Shown here one piece after another: positions 18,115 through 27,917 of a stretch of DNA of 32,000 bases (the stretch's first letter is position 1; every line of letters begins with the position of its first letter). The notes beneath the pieces are model-generated. The model saw only the letters and a list, made by a program, of their open reading frames with translations, did no database searches and was not told the origin of the DNA. The position numbers were made by a program, and so were the translations under genes. Where the stretch lies: contig NZ_LN831039.1 of NCBI RefSeq assembly GCF_001457595.1, positions 5,730,001 through 5,762,000 on the forward strand. Reading direction: 5' to 3'. The stretch comes from Mycolicibacterium smegmatis. Lineage in GTDB: Bacteria; Actinomycetota; Actinomycetes; Mycobacteriales; Mycobacteriaceae.

Positions 18115-18153
18115 TGCCACCGGCTGCGCCGGGGGGCGGCGCAGCCGGTGGCA
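18115..18153. terminator. Perfect 17-bp stem hairpin with GGGGG loop (candidate intrinsic-type terminator, no U-tract)
   Basis: TGCCACCGGCTGCGCCG-GGGGG-CGGCGCAGCCGGTGGCA, 11 bp after the Mgt stub stop codon. Confidence 0.7.
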
Positions 18154-18857
18154 TGCTGGGATCTGTGGAACCTCTGTGGCACTTCGCAGGGAACTTCTGG
18201 TGGTTGATCTTCCCGCTCGGAGGAATGATCGGCGGCGGTATCAGGGCTGTGGCCGCCGCCAATGAACGGCGCGCCGAACGACGCCTGGAGCGCTACCGCA
18301 TCAAGCAGCAGACCAAGGTCGAGATGGCGCGGGCGGCCGAGGCCGTGAGAGCCGCCGACGCCGGCTACGAACGTGAACTCACGAAGGTGCTGCAACGCCA
18401 CGACCACACCAACGCCCGCTGGCTCGACTACGAGATCGACGTCGCGAAGCTCCTGGACTTCCCGTTGATGACGGACATGCGCGATCCGCTGACCATCGCG
18501 TTCCACAAGGCTCGCGGCCGCGCCGATCTGCTGCGGCCCGACAACCCGGCCGACATCCTGGGTGACCGGCCCGCGCAACTCGAATACCGCGACGCCGTGC
18601 ACGAATACGTCACGGCGTTCGACATCGCCGAGACCGAGGCGATCCGCAGGCGCCGCAGCGACTTCTCGGCCGAGGCGCAGGAACGCCTGGCCCGTGCCCA
18701 ACAGCTGCTGCGCCTCGCGTCCGACGAGGGCGCCACACCGCAGGAACGCCAGAGCGCCTACACGCGGGCGCAGAGAGAACTCGACGGGCTCATCGTGCTG
18801 CCTGCGACCACCCGCGCGAGCATCGAACGCAAGATCCTCGGCGAACTCGAGGCCTGA
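18153..18857 (+). CDS. Hypothetical protein with N-terminal membrane segment and charged coiled-coil-like region
   Basis: LWHFAGNFWWLIFPLGGMIGGGIRAVAAANERRAERRLERYRIKQQTKVEMARAAEAVRAAD. Start uncertain (ATG 18153 or GTG 18165). Confidence 0.75.
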   Translation: MLGSVEPLWHFAGNFWWLIFPLGGMIGGGIRAVAAANERRAERRLERYRIKQQTKVEMARAAEAVRAADAGYERELTKVLQRHDHTNARWLDYEIDVAKLLDFPLMTDMRDPLTIAFHKARGRADLLRPDNPADILGDRPAQLEYRDAVHEYVTAFDIAETEAIRRRRSDFSAEAQERLARAQQLLRLASDEGATPQERQSAYTRAQRELDGLIVLPATTRASIERKILGELEA

Positions 18858-19250
18858 TCAGGCGGTGACCGAGCGGTTGCGCGTGCGGCAGTACAGGACC
18901 GTTCCGGCGATCGCGGCCTCGGTGAGCGCCAGCAGCACCGTGAACATCATCAGGTTCGACGGGCCGGACATGTGCGCACCGGTTCCGTGGTGGTGGGCAG
19001 GCATGGGTGTGTGCAGCGCGACCATCGCGAGGTTCATCAGCGCGACCGTGCACCACACCGCCGGCGTCCCACGCCGCCACAGGTCCCGTGCGCACCACAG
19101 GCACGCGACGATCATGACTGCCAGCAGACCGCCCGCGACCGCGTTGCCCGCGTGCGTGAGCATGAAGACATGCAGGACTGCCGAGGACGCCGCGAGCAGG
19201 GCACACGCCCGCCGTCCGAGGACGGCGGGCGCGTACACGACTGACATCAC
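18858..19250 (-). CDS. Small integral membrane protein, hypothetical
   Basis: 130 aa with several hydrophobic segments; stop codon immediately abuts the stop of the convergent upstream gene (TGA|TCA). Confidence 0.75.
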   Translation of the reverse strand: MMSVVYAPAVLGRRACALLAASSAVLHVFMLTHAGNAVAGGLLAVMIVACLWCARDLWRRGTPAVWCTVALMNLAMVALHTPMPAHHHGTGAHMSGPSNLMMFTVLLALTEAAIAGTVLYCRTRNRSVTA

Positions 19251-19366
19251 TCAATCCTCGCAGCGTTGTGCCCAACCTGCAGTCGGAGCGACCGAATTTC
19301 ACTCACACCATGTAGATCGCCTGCGGACGCGAAATTCATCGCGGTGAGCGTTCAAGGCGTAGCAGC

Positions 19367-20980
19367 TTACGCTTCGAGCCCGAGAAGTGCGACGGTCTCC
19401 TCGCGCATCTGCACCTTGCGGATCTTGCCCGTGACCGTCATGGGGAACTCGTCGACGACGTGCACGTAGCGCGGGATCTTGTAGTGCGCGAGCTTGCCCG
19501 ACGCGAACTCGCGGACCTTGTCGGCGTCCAGCGGCGGACGGCCGGGTTTCATCCGGATCCACGCGCAGATCTCCTCGCCGTAGCGCTCGTCGGGTACGCC
19601 GATCACCTGAGCGTCGTCGATGTCGGGATGCGTGTACAGGAATTCCTCGATCTCGCGCGGGTAGATGTTCTCGCCGCCGCGGATCACCATGTCCTTGATG
19701 CGGCCGACGATGGTGCAGTACCCGTCCTCACGCATGACCGCGAGATCCCCGGTGTGCATCCAGCCGTCGGCGTCGACGGCCTCACGGGTCTTCTCGTCGT
19801 CGTTCCAGTATCCGAGCATCACCGAATACCCACGCGTGCAGAACTCGCCGGGTTGGCCGCGCTCGACGGTCTCTCCCGTGTCGGGATCGATGATCTTGAT
19901 CTCGACATGCGGGTGGGCGCGGCCGATGGTCGCGGTGCGCCGGTCCAGATCGTCGTCGATCAGGGTCTGGCACGACACCGGCGAGGTCTCGGTCATGCCG
20001 TAACAGATCGCGACCTCGGCCATGTGCATATCGGCCACAACACGTTTCATCACCTCGATCGGGCACACCGAGCCGGCCATGATGCCCGTGCGCAGCGACG
20101 ACAGGTCGAAGTTCGCGAAATCCGGATGCCCGAGCATCGCGATGAACATCGTCGGGACCCCGTACAGACCCGTGCACTTCTCGGATTCCACAGCCGACAA
20201 CGTGATCCCGGGATCGAACCCGGGTGCCGGGATCACGATCGTGGTGCCGTGCGACACCGCACCGAGTGTGCCCATCACCATGCCGAAGCAGTGGTAGAAC
20301 GGCGGCACGATGCACAACCGGTCGTCGGGCCCCAACGCGATGAGTTCGGTGACGAAGAACCCGTTGTTGAGGATGTTGCGGTGCGACAGCGTCGCTCCCT
20401 TGGGGAAACCCGTTGTGCCCGAGGTGTACTGGATGTTGATCGGATCGGTGTTGGCCAGCGTGGCCATCCGCTCGCGCAACGCCGCGTCGTCGACCTGGTT
20501 GGCGCGCAACCGATCCCAGTCGTCGTTGTCCAGGAAGACGACGTGCAGCAGGTCCGGGCACTCGGGCCGCACCTCGGCGATCATCGAAGCGTAGTCCGAG
20601 GTCTTGAACGACGATGCCGAGACCAGCGTGCGCACCCCCGACTGCCGCAGCACATAGGCGACCTCGTGCGTGCGGTACGCGGGGTTGATGTTGACCAGGA
20701 TGGCCCCGACCTTGGCGGCCGCGAACTGCGTCATGATCCACTCGGCGCAGTTCGGCGCCCAGATGCCGACGCGGTCGCCCTTGTCGACGCCGAGCGCCAT
20801 CAAACCCCGTGCGGTGGCGTCGATCTCGTCGTTGAGCTCGGCGTAGGTCCAGCGGCGGCCGGTGGCCACCTCGACCAGCGCCTCATGTTCCGGATAGGTG
20901 GCCGCGATGCGCTCGAAGTTGGCCCCGATGGTCTCTTCGAGGACCGGTGCACCGGTGGGTCCCGCGTCGTATGACTTCAT
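19367..20980 (-). CDS. AMP-binding acyl-CoA ligase (FadD-like)
   Basis: [55 protein letters not shown]. Confidence 0.93.
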   Translation of the reverse strand: MKSYDAGPTGAPVLEETIGANFERIAATYPEHEALVEVATGRRWTYAELNDEIDATARGLMALGVDKGDRVGIWAPNCAEWIMTQFAAAKVGAILVNINPAYRTHEVAYVLRQSGVRTLVSASSFKTSDYASMIAEVRPECPDLLHVVFLDNDDWDRLRANQVDDAALRERMATLANTDPINIQYTSGTTGFPKGATLSHRNILNNGFFVTELIALGPDDRLCIVPPFYHCFGMVMGTLGAVSHGTTIVIPAPGFDPGITLSAVESEKCTGLYGVPTMFIAMLGHPDFANFDLSSLRTGIMAGSVCPIEVMKRVVADMHMAEVAICYGMTETSPVSCQTLIDDDLDRRTATIGRAHPHVEIKIIDPDTGETVERGQPGEFCTRGYSVMLGYWNDDEKTREAVDADGWMHTGDLAVMREDGYCTIVGRIKDMVIRGGENIYPREIEEFLYTHPDIDDAQVIGVPDERYGEEICAWIRMKPGRPPLDADKVREFASGKLAHYKIPRYVHVVDEFPMTVTGKIRKVQMREETVALLGLEA

Positions 20981-22665
20981 CCCAGCAGATCCTCGTATCG
21001 GTATTCGGTAGGAATCTCCTTGCCCGTCTGATGTGCCTCGTCCTCGCGCTTGCGCAGTTCGACGCGACGGATCTTGCCGGAGATGGTCTTGGGCAGGTCG
21101 AAGAACTCGACGCGTCGCACCTTGAGGTACGGCGCCAGGTGATCACGCGCGTACTCCATGACCGCTTTCGCGGTGTCGGCGTTGGGTTCCCACCCTTCGG
21201 CCAGCGCGACGTACGCCTTGGGCACGGCGAGGCGGGTGTCGTCGGGCTGGGGCACCACGGCGGCTTCGACCACCGCAGGATGCTCGATCAGCACGCTCTC
21301 CAACTCGAACGGCGACACCTTGTAGTCGCTGGACTTGAACACGTCGTCGGTGCGGCCGATGTAGGTGATGTAGCCTTCGGCGTCGCGCGATGCGACGTCG
21401 CCGGTGTGGTAGTAGCCACCGGCCATGACAGCCGCGTTGCGTTCCGGATCGCCGAGGTAACCGGTCATCAGGTTGCGCGGACGCTTGCTCAGGTCCAGGC
21501 AGATCTCGCCCTCGTCGGCGGGCTCGCCGGTGATCGGGTCGACCAGCACCACCGGCACACCGGGCATGGGCCTGCCCATCGAGCCCGGCTTCACCGGCTG
21601 CCCTGGGGTGTTGCCGACCTGCAGGGTGGTCTCGGTCTGGCCGAACCCGTCGCGGATGGTCAGCCCCCAGGCCTTCTCGACCTGGGCGATCACATCGGGG
21701 TTGAGCGGCTCACCGGCGCCGAGGATCTCGCGCAGCCCCTCGGGCCTGGCGCCCAGGTCGGCCTGGATCAGCATGCGCCACACCGTGGGCGGTGCGCAGA
21801 ACGTGTTGACTTTGGCGCGGCGCAGCTGGTTCAGCAGCGCCGGGGCGTCGAAGCGGCGGTAGTTGTAGACGAAGATCGTCGCCTCGGCGATCCACGGCGC
21901 GAAAAAGCAGCTCCACGCGTGTTTGGCCCAGCCGGGCGAGCTGATCGCCAGGTGCACGTCGCCGGGCTTCACGCCGATCCACGCCATCGTCGACAGATGC
22001 CCGACGGGGTAGCTGACCTGCGAATGCTCGACCAGCTTGGGCTTGCTGGTGGTGCCGGAGGTGAAGTAGATGAGCATGGTGTCGTCGACCGTGGTGGCAC
22101 TGGCGAACCGCTGCGGCTGCACCTCGGACGCGTCGGAGTAGGCGTGCCAGCCCTCCACGGCCTCGCCCACCACGATCCGCCCGTAGTCACCTTCGACCGC
22201 CGCGAACTTGTCGGTGTCGGACGCGTTCGCGATCACGAACCGCGCGCCGCCGCGCGCGATGCGGTCCGCCAGATCGGCCGGGCCGAGCGCCCCGGTGGTC
22301 GGCATGATGACCGCGCCGAGCTTGGCGATGCCGAGCATCGCCTCCCACAACTCGACCTGGTTGCCGAGCATGAGGATCACCCGGTCGCCCTTGCCGACGC
22401 CGAGAGCCGCCAACCACGTCGCGACCCGGTCGGAGCGCTCCGCCATGTCGGCGAAACTCACCTGCGTCTCGGCGCCGTCCTCCTCCACGATCCACAGCGC
22501 GGGACGGTCGTTGCCCCTGGCGATCGCGTCGAACCAGTCGATCGCCCAGTTGAAAGTGCCGGTCAGCTCCGGAAACGCGAATGTCTCGACGGCCTTGTCA
22601 TAGTCGGCGATGGTCGCGACGAGCTGATCACGGGCACTACGGTAGAGATCGGCGTTACCACTCAT
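20977..22665 (-). CDS. AMP-dependent acyl-CoA synthetase (MACS-like)
   Basis: [56 protein letters not shown]; ATGA overlap with downstream ligase. Confidence 0.93.
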   Translation of the reverse strand: MSGNADLYRSARDQLVATIADYDKAVETFAFPELTGTFNWAIDWFDAIARGNDRPALWIVEEDGAETQVSFADMAERSDRVATWLAALGVGKGDRVILMLGNQVELWEAMLGIAKLGAVIMPTTGALGPADLADRIARGGARFVIANASDTDKFAAVEGDYGRIVVGEAVEGWHAYSDASEVQPQRFASATTVDDTMLIYFTSGTTSKPKLVEHSQVSYPVGHLSTMAWIGVKPGDVHLAISSPGWAKHAWSCFFAPWIAEATIFVYNYRRFDAPALLNQLRRAKVNTFCAPPTVWRMLIQADLGARPEGLREILGAGEPLNPDVIAQVEKAWGLTIRDGFGQTETTLQVGNTPGQPVKPGSMGRPMPGVPVVLVDPITGEPADEGEICLDLSKRPRNLMTGYLGDPERNAAVMAGGYYHTGDVASRDAEGYITYIGRTDDVFKSSDYKVSPFELESVLIEHPAVVEAAVVPQPDDTRLAVPKAYVALAEGWEPNADTAKAVMEYARDHLAPYLKVRRVEFFDLPKTISGKIRRVELRKREDEAHQTGKEIPTEYRYEDLLG

Positions 22666-22722
22666 GGCAGCTATGCTCTACGTCACAATTGTCGACCGCT
22701 ACCCCCGAAAGAGGGTGACCGC

Positions 22723-23565
22723 ATGCGCTCGCCGCTGCTGCGGCCACGTGACGCCGACGCCGTACGGGCCGCGCTTCGCCAGATGGCCACCATTACCGAG
22801 CTTCCGTTGACCTTCGGCGGTGAGGTGCACAGCGGAACGCTGCTGCTCACGGAGTTCTTCGGGACGAGAACGAGCGCGATGCGCGGGCTTGCGGTACGCC
22901 CGAGCGCGGGTCTCGGCGGTGCGACGGTGGTGGCGCGTCGGCCCATCTCGGTGCCCGACTACCGGCGCTCGTCGAACATCACCCACGACTACGACGGGCC
23001 GGTGCTCTCCGAGGGCATCCGCTCGATCCTCGCGGTGCCGGTGGTCGTCGAGGGCAAGGCACGCGCGGTGCTCTACGGCGCCTACCGCACCAGCGCGCCG
23101 ATCGGCGACCGCACCGCGGCCGCGATGGTGGACTCGGCGCGCCGGCTGAGCGAGGAACTGCGCATCCGCGACGAGGTGGACCGGCGGATGCGCATGCGCG
23201 AAGCGCAGCTAGCACAGTTCGGCGCCGACGTGGCCAGTGCCGAGCAGATCCGCGAGGTGCACGCCGACCTGCGCAGGATGGCCGCGCGCGCGTCCAGACC
23301 GCTGGCCACACAGCTCGGCGAGCTGGCCGACCGGCTGGCCCGCGCACTGTCCGGTGACGCCCCGGCGGCCACACCGCTGACCGCGCGCGAGATCGACGTG
23401 CTCTCGCAGATCGCCTTGGGCTGCACCAATGCCGAGGCAGCCCAACGCCTTTCGCTGAAGCCGGAAACCGTCAAGAGCTATCTGCGCAGTGCGTCGAGCA
23501 AACTCGGCGCCCACAGCAGGCACGAGGCGGTGTCCAAAGCCCGGCGGCTGCGTCAGATTCCCTGA
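22723..23565 (+). CDS. LuxR-family transcriptional regulator with GAF-like sensor region
   Basis: C-terminal HTH LTAREIDVLSQIALGCTNAEAAQRLSLKPETVKSYLRSASSKLGAHSRHEAVSKA; start ATG 22723, divergent from the ligases. Confidence 0.88.
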   Translation: MRSPLLRPRDADAVRAALRQMATITELPLTFGGEVHSGTLLLTEFFGTRTSAMRGLAVRPSAGLGGATVVARRPISVPDYRRSSNITHDYDGPVLSEGIRSILAVPVVVEGKARAVLYGAYRTSAPIGDRTAAAMVDSARRLSEELRIRDEVDRRMRMREAQLAQFGADVASAEQIREVHADLRRMAARASRPLATQLGELADRLARALSGDAPAATPLTAREIDVLSQIALGCTNAEAAQRLSLKPETVKSYLRSASSKLGAHSRHEAVSKARRLRQIP

Positions 23566-23578
23566 CCGACCAAGCCCG

Positions 23579-24616
23579 CTAAGGCAGGAAATCCAGCAGC
23601 GCCCCGAGGAACTGGTCGCGGCCGCGTTCCGGACGATCCAGGTGCACGTAATGTGTGGCCTGCGGGAGCACGACCGTACGGACACCCGCGGCGTGCACCA
23701 GATGTCGACGCATGTCCTCGACGTCCTCGGGACGCGACCAGAAGTCGAGTTCGCTTCTGATGATCAACGTTTCGGCGGTGATCAACGAGGCGTCCCACAG
23801 TTGCCGCCCGGTGGCCAGGTAGTGGCTGTCCTCCATCGCCCCGTTGGGCGCCCGAAAGCTCGCCGGTGTGCGGCTCTCACTGGTCGGGTCGCTGGCGAGC
23901 GCTTCGCGCTGATAGGCCTCGGCCACCCGCGGATCCCGCCACAACGTCACATCCGACGCCGGAATCGACCGGTCCCACGAGGTCAGAAGCGACGGACCGT
24001 CGGACAGCCGGTACGGCCCGGATTCCGGATCGAACACGGCGAGGGTCGGATGGCCATCGGCGGCGCCGTACAGGCTGTTGTAGATCACGAGGTGGCTGAC
24101 CCGGTCGGGATGCGTCGCCGCATACATGCCGGCCCAGTGCCCGCCGGTCGCCCATCCCACCAGCGCCACGCGTTCGGCACCGGTCGTGGCCGCGACGTGC
24201 TCGACGACCGCGTGGATGTCTTCGACAACTTCGTTCGAGCGCACCAGCGGCCGTCCCGTCCCCGGATCGCCGTCCATCTCCGCCGGCCGCGACGACCCAC
24301 CGTAGCCGCGCGCATCCATGATGAAGGTGGGGTGACCGGCCCGAACGAGATCCTCGGCCAGCGAGTACCCGGGGACGGGCAGATCGAACGACGCGATCCC
24401 GGGGACCCGGGCGCCGTGCAGCAGAATCACCGGCACACGGTCGGCGGATTCCGTTCGCAGCGCCCGGACCGCGACCTCGACGCCGGGTGCACTGCCCACC
24501 CTCGTGTCGGTTCTGGACAGCTCGCCGGTCGACTCACCGGACCTCGTCTCACATGCGGTCGCAAACATCACCGCCAGGAAAGTCGCGGCCACGGCCAGTC
24601 GGTTGGCAGCTCTCAT
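23579..24616 (-). CDS. Alpha/beta-hydrolase fold protein, putative lipoprotein
   Basis: Signal peptide with lipobox-like FATAC; PVILLHGARVPG, GWATGGHWAGMYAATHPD (degenerate nucleophile elbow G-W-A-T-G), YVHLDRPERG. Confidence 0.8.
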   Translation of the reverse strand: MRAANRLAVAATFLAVMFATACETRSGESTGELSRTDTRVGSAPGVEVAVRALRTESADRVPVILLHGARVPGIASFDLPVPGYSLAEDLVRAGHPTFIMDARGYGGSSRPAEMDGDPGTGRPLVRSNEVVEDIHAVVEHVAATTGAERVALVGWATGGHWAGMYAATHPDRVSHLVIYNSLYGAADGHPTLAVFDPESGPYRLSDGPSLLTSWDRSIPASDVTLWRDPRVAEAYQREALASDPTSESRTPASFRAPNGAMEDSHYLATGRQLWDASLITAETLIIRSELDFWSRPEDVEDMRRHLVHAAGVRTVVLPQATHYVHLDRPERGRDQFLGALLDFLP

Positions 24617-24641
24617 GGCGTCCGACGGTAGAGCCGGCTGT

Positions 24642-24690
24642 CGATAAGCGCCAATAGTGTTATTGCATCCACTTATCGGATTGAGTTATC
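24642..24690. promoter_or_regulatory. Candidate LysR-type operator region
   Basis: CGATAAG (24642-24648) inverted relative to CTTATCG (24672-24678), plus a third GTTATC half-site (24685-24690), between the divergent hydrolase and LysR genes. Confidence 0.45.
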
Positions 24691-24714
24691 AATGAGGGTG
24701 TGTGGAGCCTCGAC

Positions 24715-25584
24715 ATGCGACACCTGCGCTGCTTCGTCGTCCTCGCCGAGGAACTGCACTTCGGGCGGGCGGCACAGCGCTTGCACGTGGCACAACCCGC
24801 GCTGTCCCAGTTGATCCAACGCGTCGAACGGGAGCTGGGCGCACAGCTGTTCCTGCGTACCCGGCGCACGGTCAGCCTCACCGAGGCCGGTCAGACCCTG
24901 CTGCCCGAGGCGCGGCGCATACTGCGTGACGCCGACCGGGTGACGCAAGCGGTGCGAGCCGTCCACCGGGGCGAAACCGGAAGTGTCACCATCGGTTTCG
25001 TGGGGTCCGCGGCCGACGACGTGCTGCCGCGGTTGGTCGCCGCGCACCGCAGACATCATCCGGGTGTCTCGATCCGGCTGGAGGAAGGAACGACCGCGCA
25101 ACAACTCGAATGGCTGCGCGATCAGCGCATCACCGTCGGCCTGGGCCGCACACCCATCGACGACCCTGCGGTGTCCACCGTTGTGCTCGCCCGCGAATCC
25201 CTGGTCCTGGCGGTGCCCGACAGCCACGCGCTGTCCGGCGCAGAGTCCGCCGAACTCGCCGGGCTGGCCGAAGAACCGTTCATCATGTTTCCCCGCCACC
25301 TCGGCCCCGGCCTCTACGACATCATTCACAGTGCTTGCGCCGCAGCGGGTTTCACCCCGTCCGTCGTCTACGAGACGGTGCGTATGCAGACCATCGTCGG
25401 ACTGGTCTCCGGCGGCCTCGGGGTGGCACTGGTACCGGAGTCGGTCCGCAACCTCGGCCGCAAAGGTGTTCGATACGTGCACCTCGCCGATGCCCCGCCC
25501 GCCATCGAACTGTCGATGATGTGGCGCAACGACTGCGAGTCACCGCATCTGCAGCCGCTCAGGAAGACTGCCCGCCATCTGTGA
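24715..25584 (+). CDS. LysR-family transcriptional regulator
   Basis: MRHLRCFVVLAEELHFGRAAQRLHVAQPALSQLIQRVERELGAQLFLRTRRTVSLTEAG. Confidence 0.93.
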   Translation: MRHLRCFVVLAEELHFGRAAQRLHVAQPALSQLIQRVERELGAQLFLRTRRTVSLTEAGQTLLPEARRILRDADRVTQAVRAVHRGETGSVTIGFVGSAADDVLPRLVAAHRRHHPGVSIRLEEGTTAQQLEWLRDQRITVGLGRTPIDDPAVSTVVLARESLVLAVPDSHALSGAESAELAGLAEEPFIMFPRHLGPGLYDIIHSACAAAGFTPSVVYETVRMQTIVGLVSGGLGVALVPESVRNLGRKGVRYVHLADAPPAIELSMMWRNDCESPHLQPLRKTARHL

Positions 25585-27046
25585 GCGAAGCGGTACCGGC
25601 GCCGGTCCGGGGCGACGCGAAACTCACCGCCTCGAAACCGTGCTCGCGGGCATCGCTTTGCGCCTTGGCCTGTTCGGCGGCCAGATCCAGAGATCTCGCC
25701 ATCAGCAGGTAGGCGACCGCGGACGCGAACAACCCCACGAACAGCGCGACGTCGACGCCACCGAGCGCGTTGGCGACCGGACCCGTGTACCAGACGGTGA
25801 CCACGAACGGGATCATCGCGATGATCCCGATCGCGTAGGCGGCCAGACCCCGCCACCCCCAGGTGCCGTACACGCCGCCCCGTGGCACGAAGATCTCGCC
25901 GATGGCATAGCGTCCGCGGCGGACGAAGTAGTAGTCGACGAGGTTCACCGACGTCCACGGCACCAGCAGGTACAACAGGATCACCAGGAAACTGCCGAAG
26001 TTGTCGAGGAACTCACCGGTGCTCAGCACCGCGCCCAGCAAGCCGGCCAAACCGATCACCACACATGCGCCCACCCTGAGCCGCCGGGTCGGCGACACCG
26101 CGCGGAACGAGTCGATGATCGTGATCAGCTCGATCGACGACGCGTAGATGTTGACCGTGATGACCGTGACCAGGCCGGGCAGCGCCGCCACGAGCAGCCA
26201 CAGACCCGCACCCGGCAGGATGCCGTCGGCGGCCTGCCTGACCGCCTCAAGCGGTGAGACGTCGGCGAACAGCGCCGCGACGAACGCCCCGAGGATCATC
26301 AGCCAGGAGCTACCGACGAACACCCCGCCGTAGGTGTAGAACAGCGCCTTGCCCGGGCTGGTCTGCGGCGGCAGGTACCGGGAGTAATCGGAGACGTACG
26401 GAGCCCAGCCCAGTGCGTAGGCCGCGGCGGCGGCGAACTGGACCAGGAAGGCAGGCCAGCTGAACCCGGCGAAGCCGAACTGCCCGTGCGGCAGGTGCAG
26501 CGTGACGAGCGCCACCACCGTGAACACCCCGAAGGTCGCCAAAAACAGCCAGGTGAGCCAGTTTTGGACGCGGTGGATCCAGTGGTAGCCGTAGATCGCG
26601 AGGGCCAGCGCGAGGGCGGTGATGATCACGAACCACAGATTGCGGGCATCGACGCCGGTGGTCATGGTGAGCACATCACCGGCGAGGATCTGATTGAAGA
26701 TGTTGAAGCCCACGATGCTGAAGATCACGACGGCGCAGATCACCACGACGCCGCGATACCCGAACTGCGCGCGCGACTGGATCATTTGCGGTAGGCCCAA
26801 CTGTGGGCCCTGCGCGGAGTGGAACGCGGTGAACACCGTCCCGACGGCGGCGCCGAGCACGATGGCCACCAACGACGTCAGGAACGACGCGCCGAGGGAC
26901 GCACCCACCATGCCCGTCGCGAGCGTAGTGAGGTTCGCATTCGACATGAACCACAGCGGAAACAGCATCGAGGGCTTGCCGCGGCGTTCGCCGAGCGGAA
27001 TCCAATCGATCGACTTCGATTCGACCGTCGCAGAGTCGGTGGCCAT
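25559..27046 (-). CDS. NCS1-family permease (cytosine/purine/allantoin-type transporter)
   Basis: 495 aa, about 12 hydrophobic segments; GLPQMIQSRAQFGYRG, WAPYVSDYSRYLP, VPWTSVNLVDYYFVRRGRY. Confidence 0.88.
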   Translation of the reverse strand: MATDSATVESKSIDWIPLGERRGKPSMLFPLWFMSNANLTTLATGMVGASLGASFLTSLVAIVLGAAVGTVFTAFHSAQGPQLGLPQMIQSRAQFGYRGVVVICAVVIFSIVGFNIFNQILAGDVLTMTTGVDARNLWFVIITALALALAIYGYHWIHRVQNWLTWLFLATFGVFTVVALVTLHLPHGQFGFAGFSWPAFLVQFAAAAAYALGWAPYVSDYSRYLPPQTSPGKALFYTYGGVFVGSSWLMILGAFVAALFADVSPLEAVRQAADGILPGAGLWLLVAALPGLVTVITVNIYASSIELITIIDSFRAVSPTRRLRVGACVVIGLAGLLGAVLSTGEFLDNFGSFLVILLYLLVPWTSVNLVDYYFVRRGRYAIGEIFVPRGGVYGTWGWRGLAAYAIGIIAMIPFVVTVWYTGPVANALGGVDVALFVGLFASAVAYLLMARSLDLAAEQAKAQSDAREHGFEAVSFASPRTGAGTASLTDGGQSS

Positions 27047-27058
27047 GAGATCTCGTTC

Positions 27059-27904
27059 CTAGTCAGGGATATCGGTGGCGGCCTCGCCGGATTCGACAAG
27101 GTCGCGGTACAGGTCGGGTCGGCGATCGGCCAGTGCGTCGTTGCGGTCGCCGATCGCCTTGCTGTCGGTCAGGTCCAGGACGGCTGTCGCGATCGTCTCG
27201 TCGCCCTGTGGTGTCGCCTTGATCCAGCCGTCCGGGCCGATCACCGCGGTCCCGCCGGTCCACCGGACACCACGCTCGGTGCCGCGGCGGTCGGCGATCA
27301 CGGTCGCCAGTTGCGACGACCGCGCGGCAGCCATCGCCTGGATGGTTTCGGGGGCATGCTCACCCTCCGGCCGGTCCACCAGCGGCCAGTTCACCGGCAG
27401 GGCCAGCACCTCGGCTCCGCGCAGGGCGAGTCGTCTTGGCAGCTCGGGGAATTCGTTGTCGTAGCAGATCGCGACCCCGAGCCGGCAGATCGCGGTGTCG
27501 ATGACCGTCCCCGCTTCGACGCCGGTCGCGAAGATCTCCGGTTCGGCCGCCCACAGGTGCGCTTTGCGGTAGGTACCGACCACTTTGCCGTCACCGATGA
27601 CGATGGCCGAGTTGTATAGCGTGTCACCGTCGACCTCCGCGAAGCCCACCACGGCGACGCAATCCGCCGGGACGTCATCGGCCAGTGCGGTCAACCGTGC
27701 ATCGTCGGCGCGCAATGACAGGGCTCGGGCCTCGTCGATGTCAGTGAAGACGTACCCGCTGGTGGCGAGTTCGGGCAACACCGCCAGGTACGGGCCGGTC
27801 CACTCGATGGCCCGCAGGGCATTGTGCAAACGTGCGAGGTTGCCATCGAGATCGCCGATGACGATGTCGGGCGTGACCGCCGAGACGCGCAGCTTCCGGT
27901 TCAT
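27059..27904 (-). CDS. Carbon-nitrogen hydrolase (nitrilase superfamily)
   Basis: Catalytic E-K-C context: YLAVLPELATSGYVF, GTYRKAHLW, RLGVAICYDNEFPEL. ATG 27904. Confidence 0.9.
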   Translation of the reverse strand: MNRKLRVSAVTPDIVIGDLDGNLARLHNALRAIEWTGPYLAVLPELATSGYVFTDIDEARALSLRADDARLTALADDVPADCVAVVGFAEVDGDTLYNSAIVIGDGKVVGTYRKAHLWAAEPEIFATGVEAGTVIDTAICRLGVAICYDNEFPELPRRLALRGAEVLALPVNWPLVDRPEGEHAPETIQAMAAARSSQLATVIADRRGTERGVRWTGGTAVIGPDGWIKATPQGDETIATAVLDLTDSKAIGDRNDALADRRPDLYRDLVESGEAATDIPD

Positions 27905-27917
27905 CAGACCGTACCCG

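Noticed and set aside
19460-20974. 504-aa + strand ORF antisense to the acyl-CoA ligase
   Set aside because: Antisense mirror frame; the opposite strand has unmistakable AMP-binding motifs.
20947-22722. N-terminal extension of the LuxR-family ORF
   Set aside because: The first ~590 aa are antisense to the second ligase; the real protein begins at ATG 22723 in the intergenic space.
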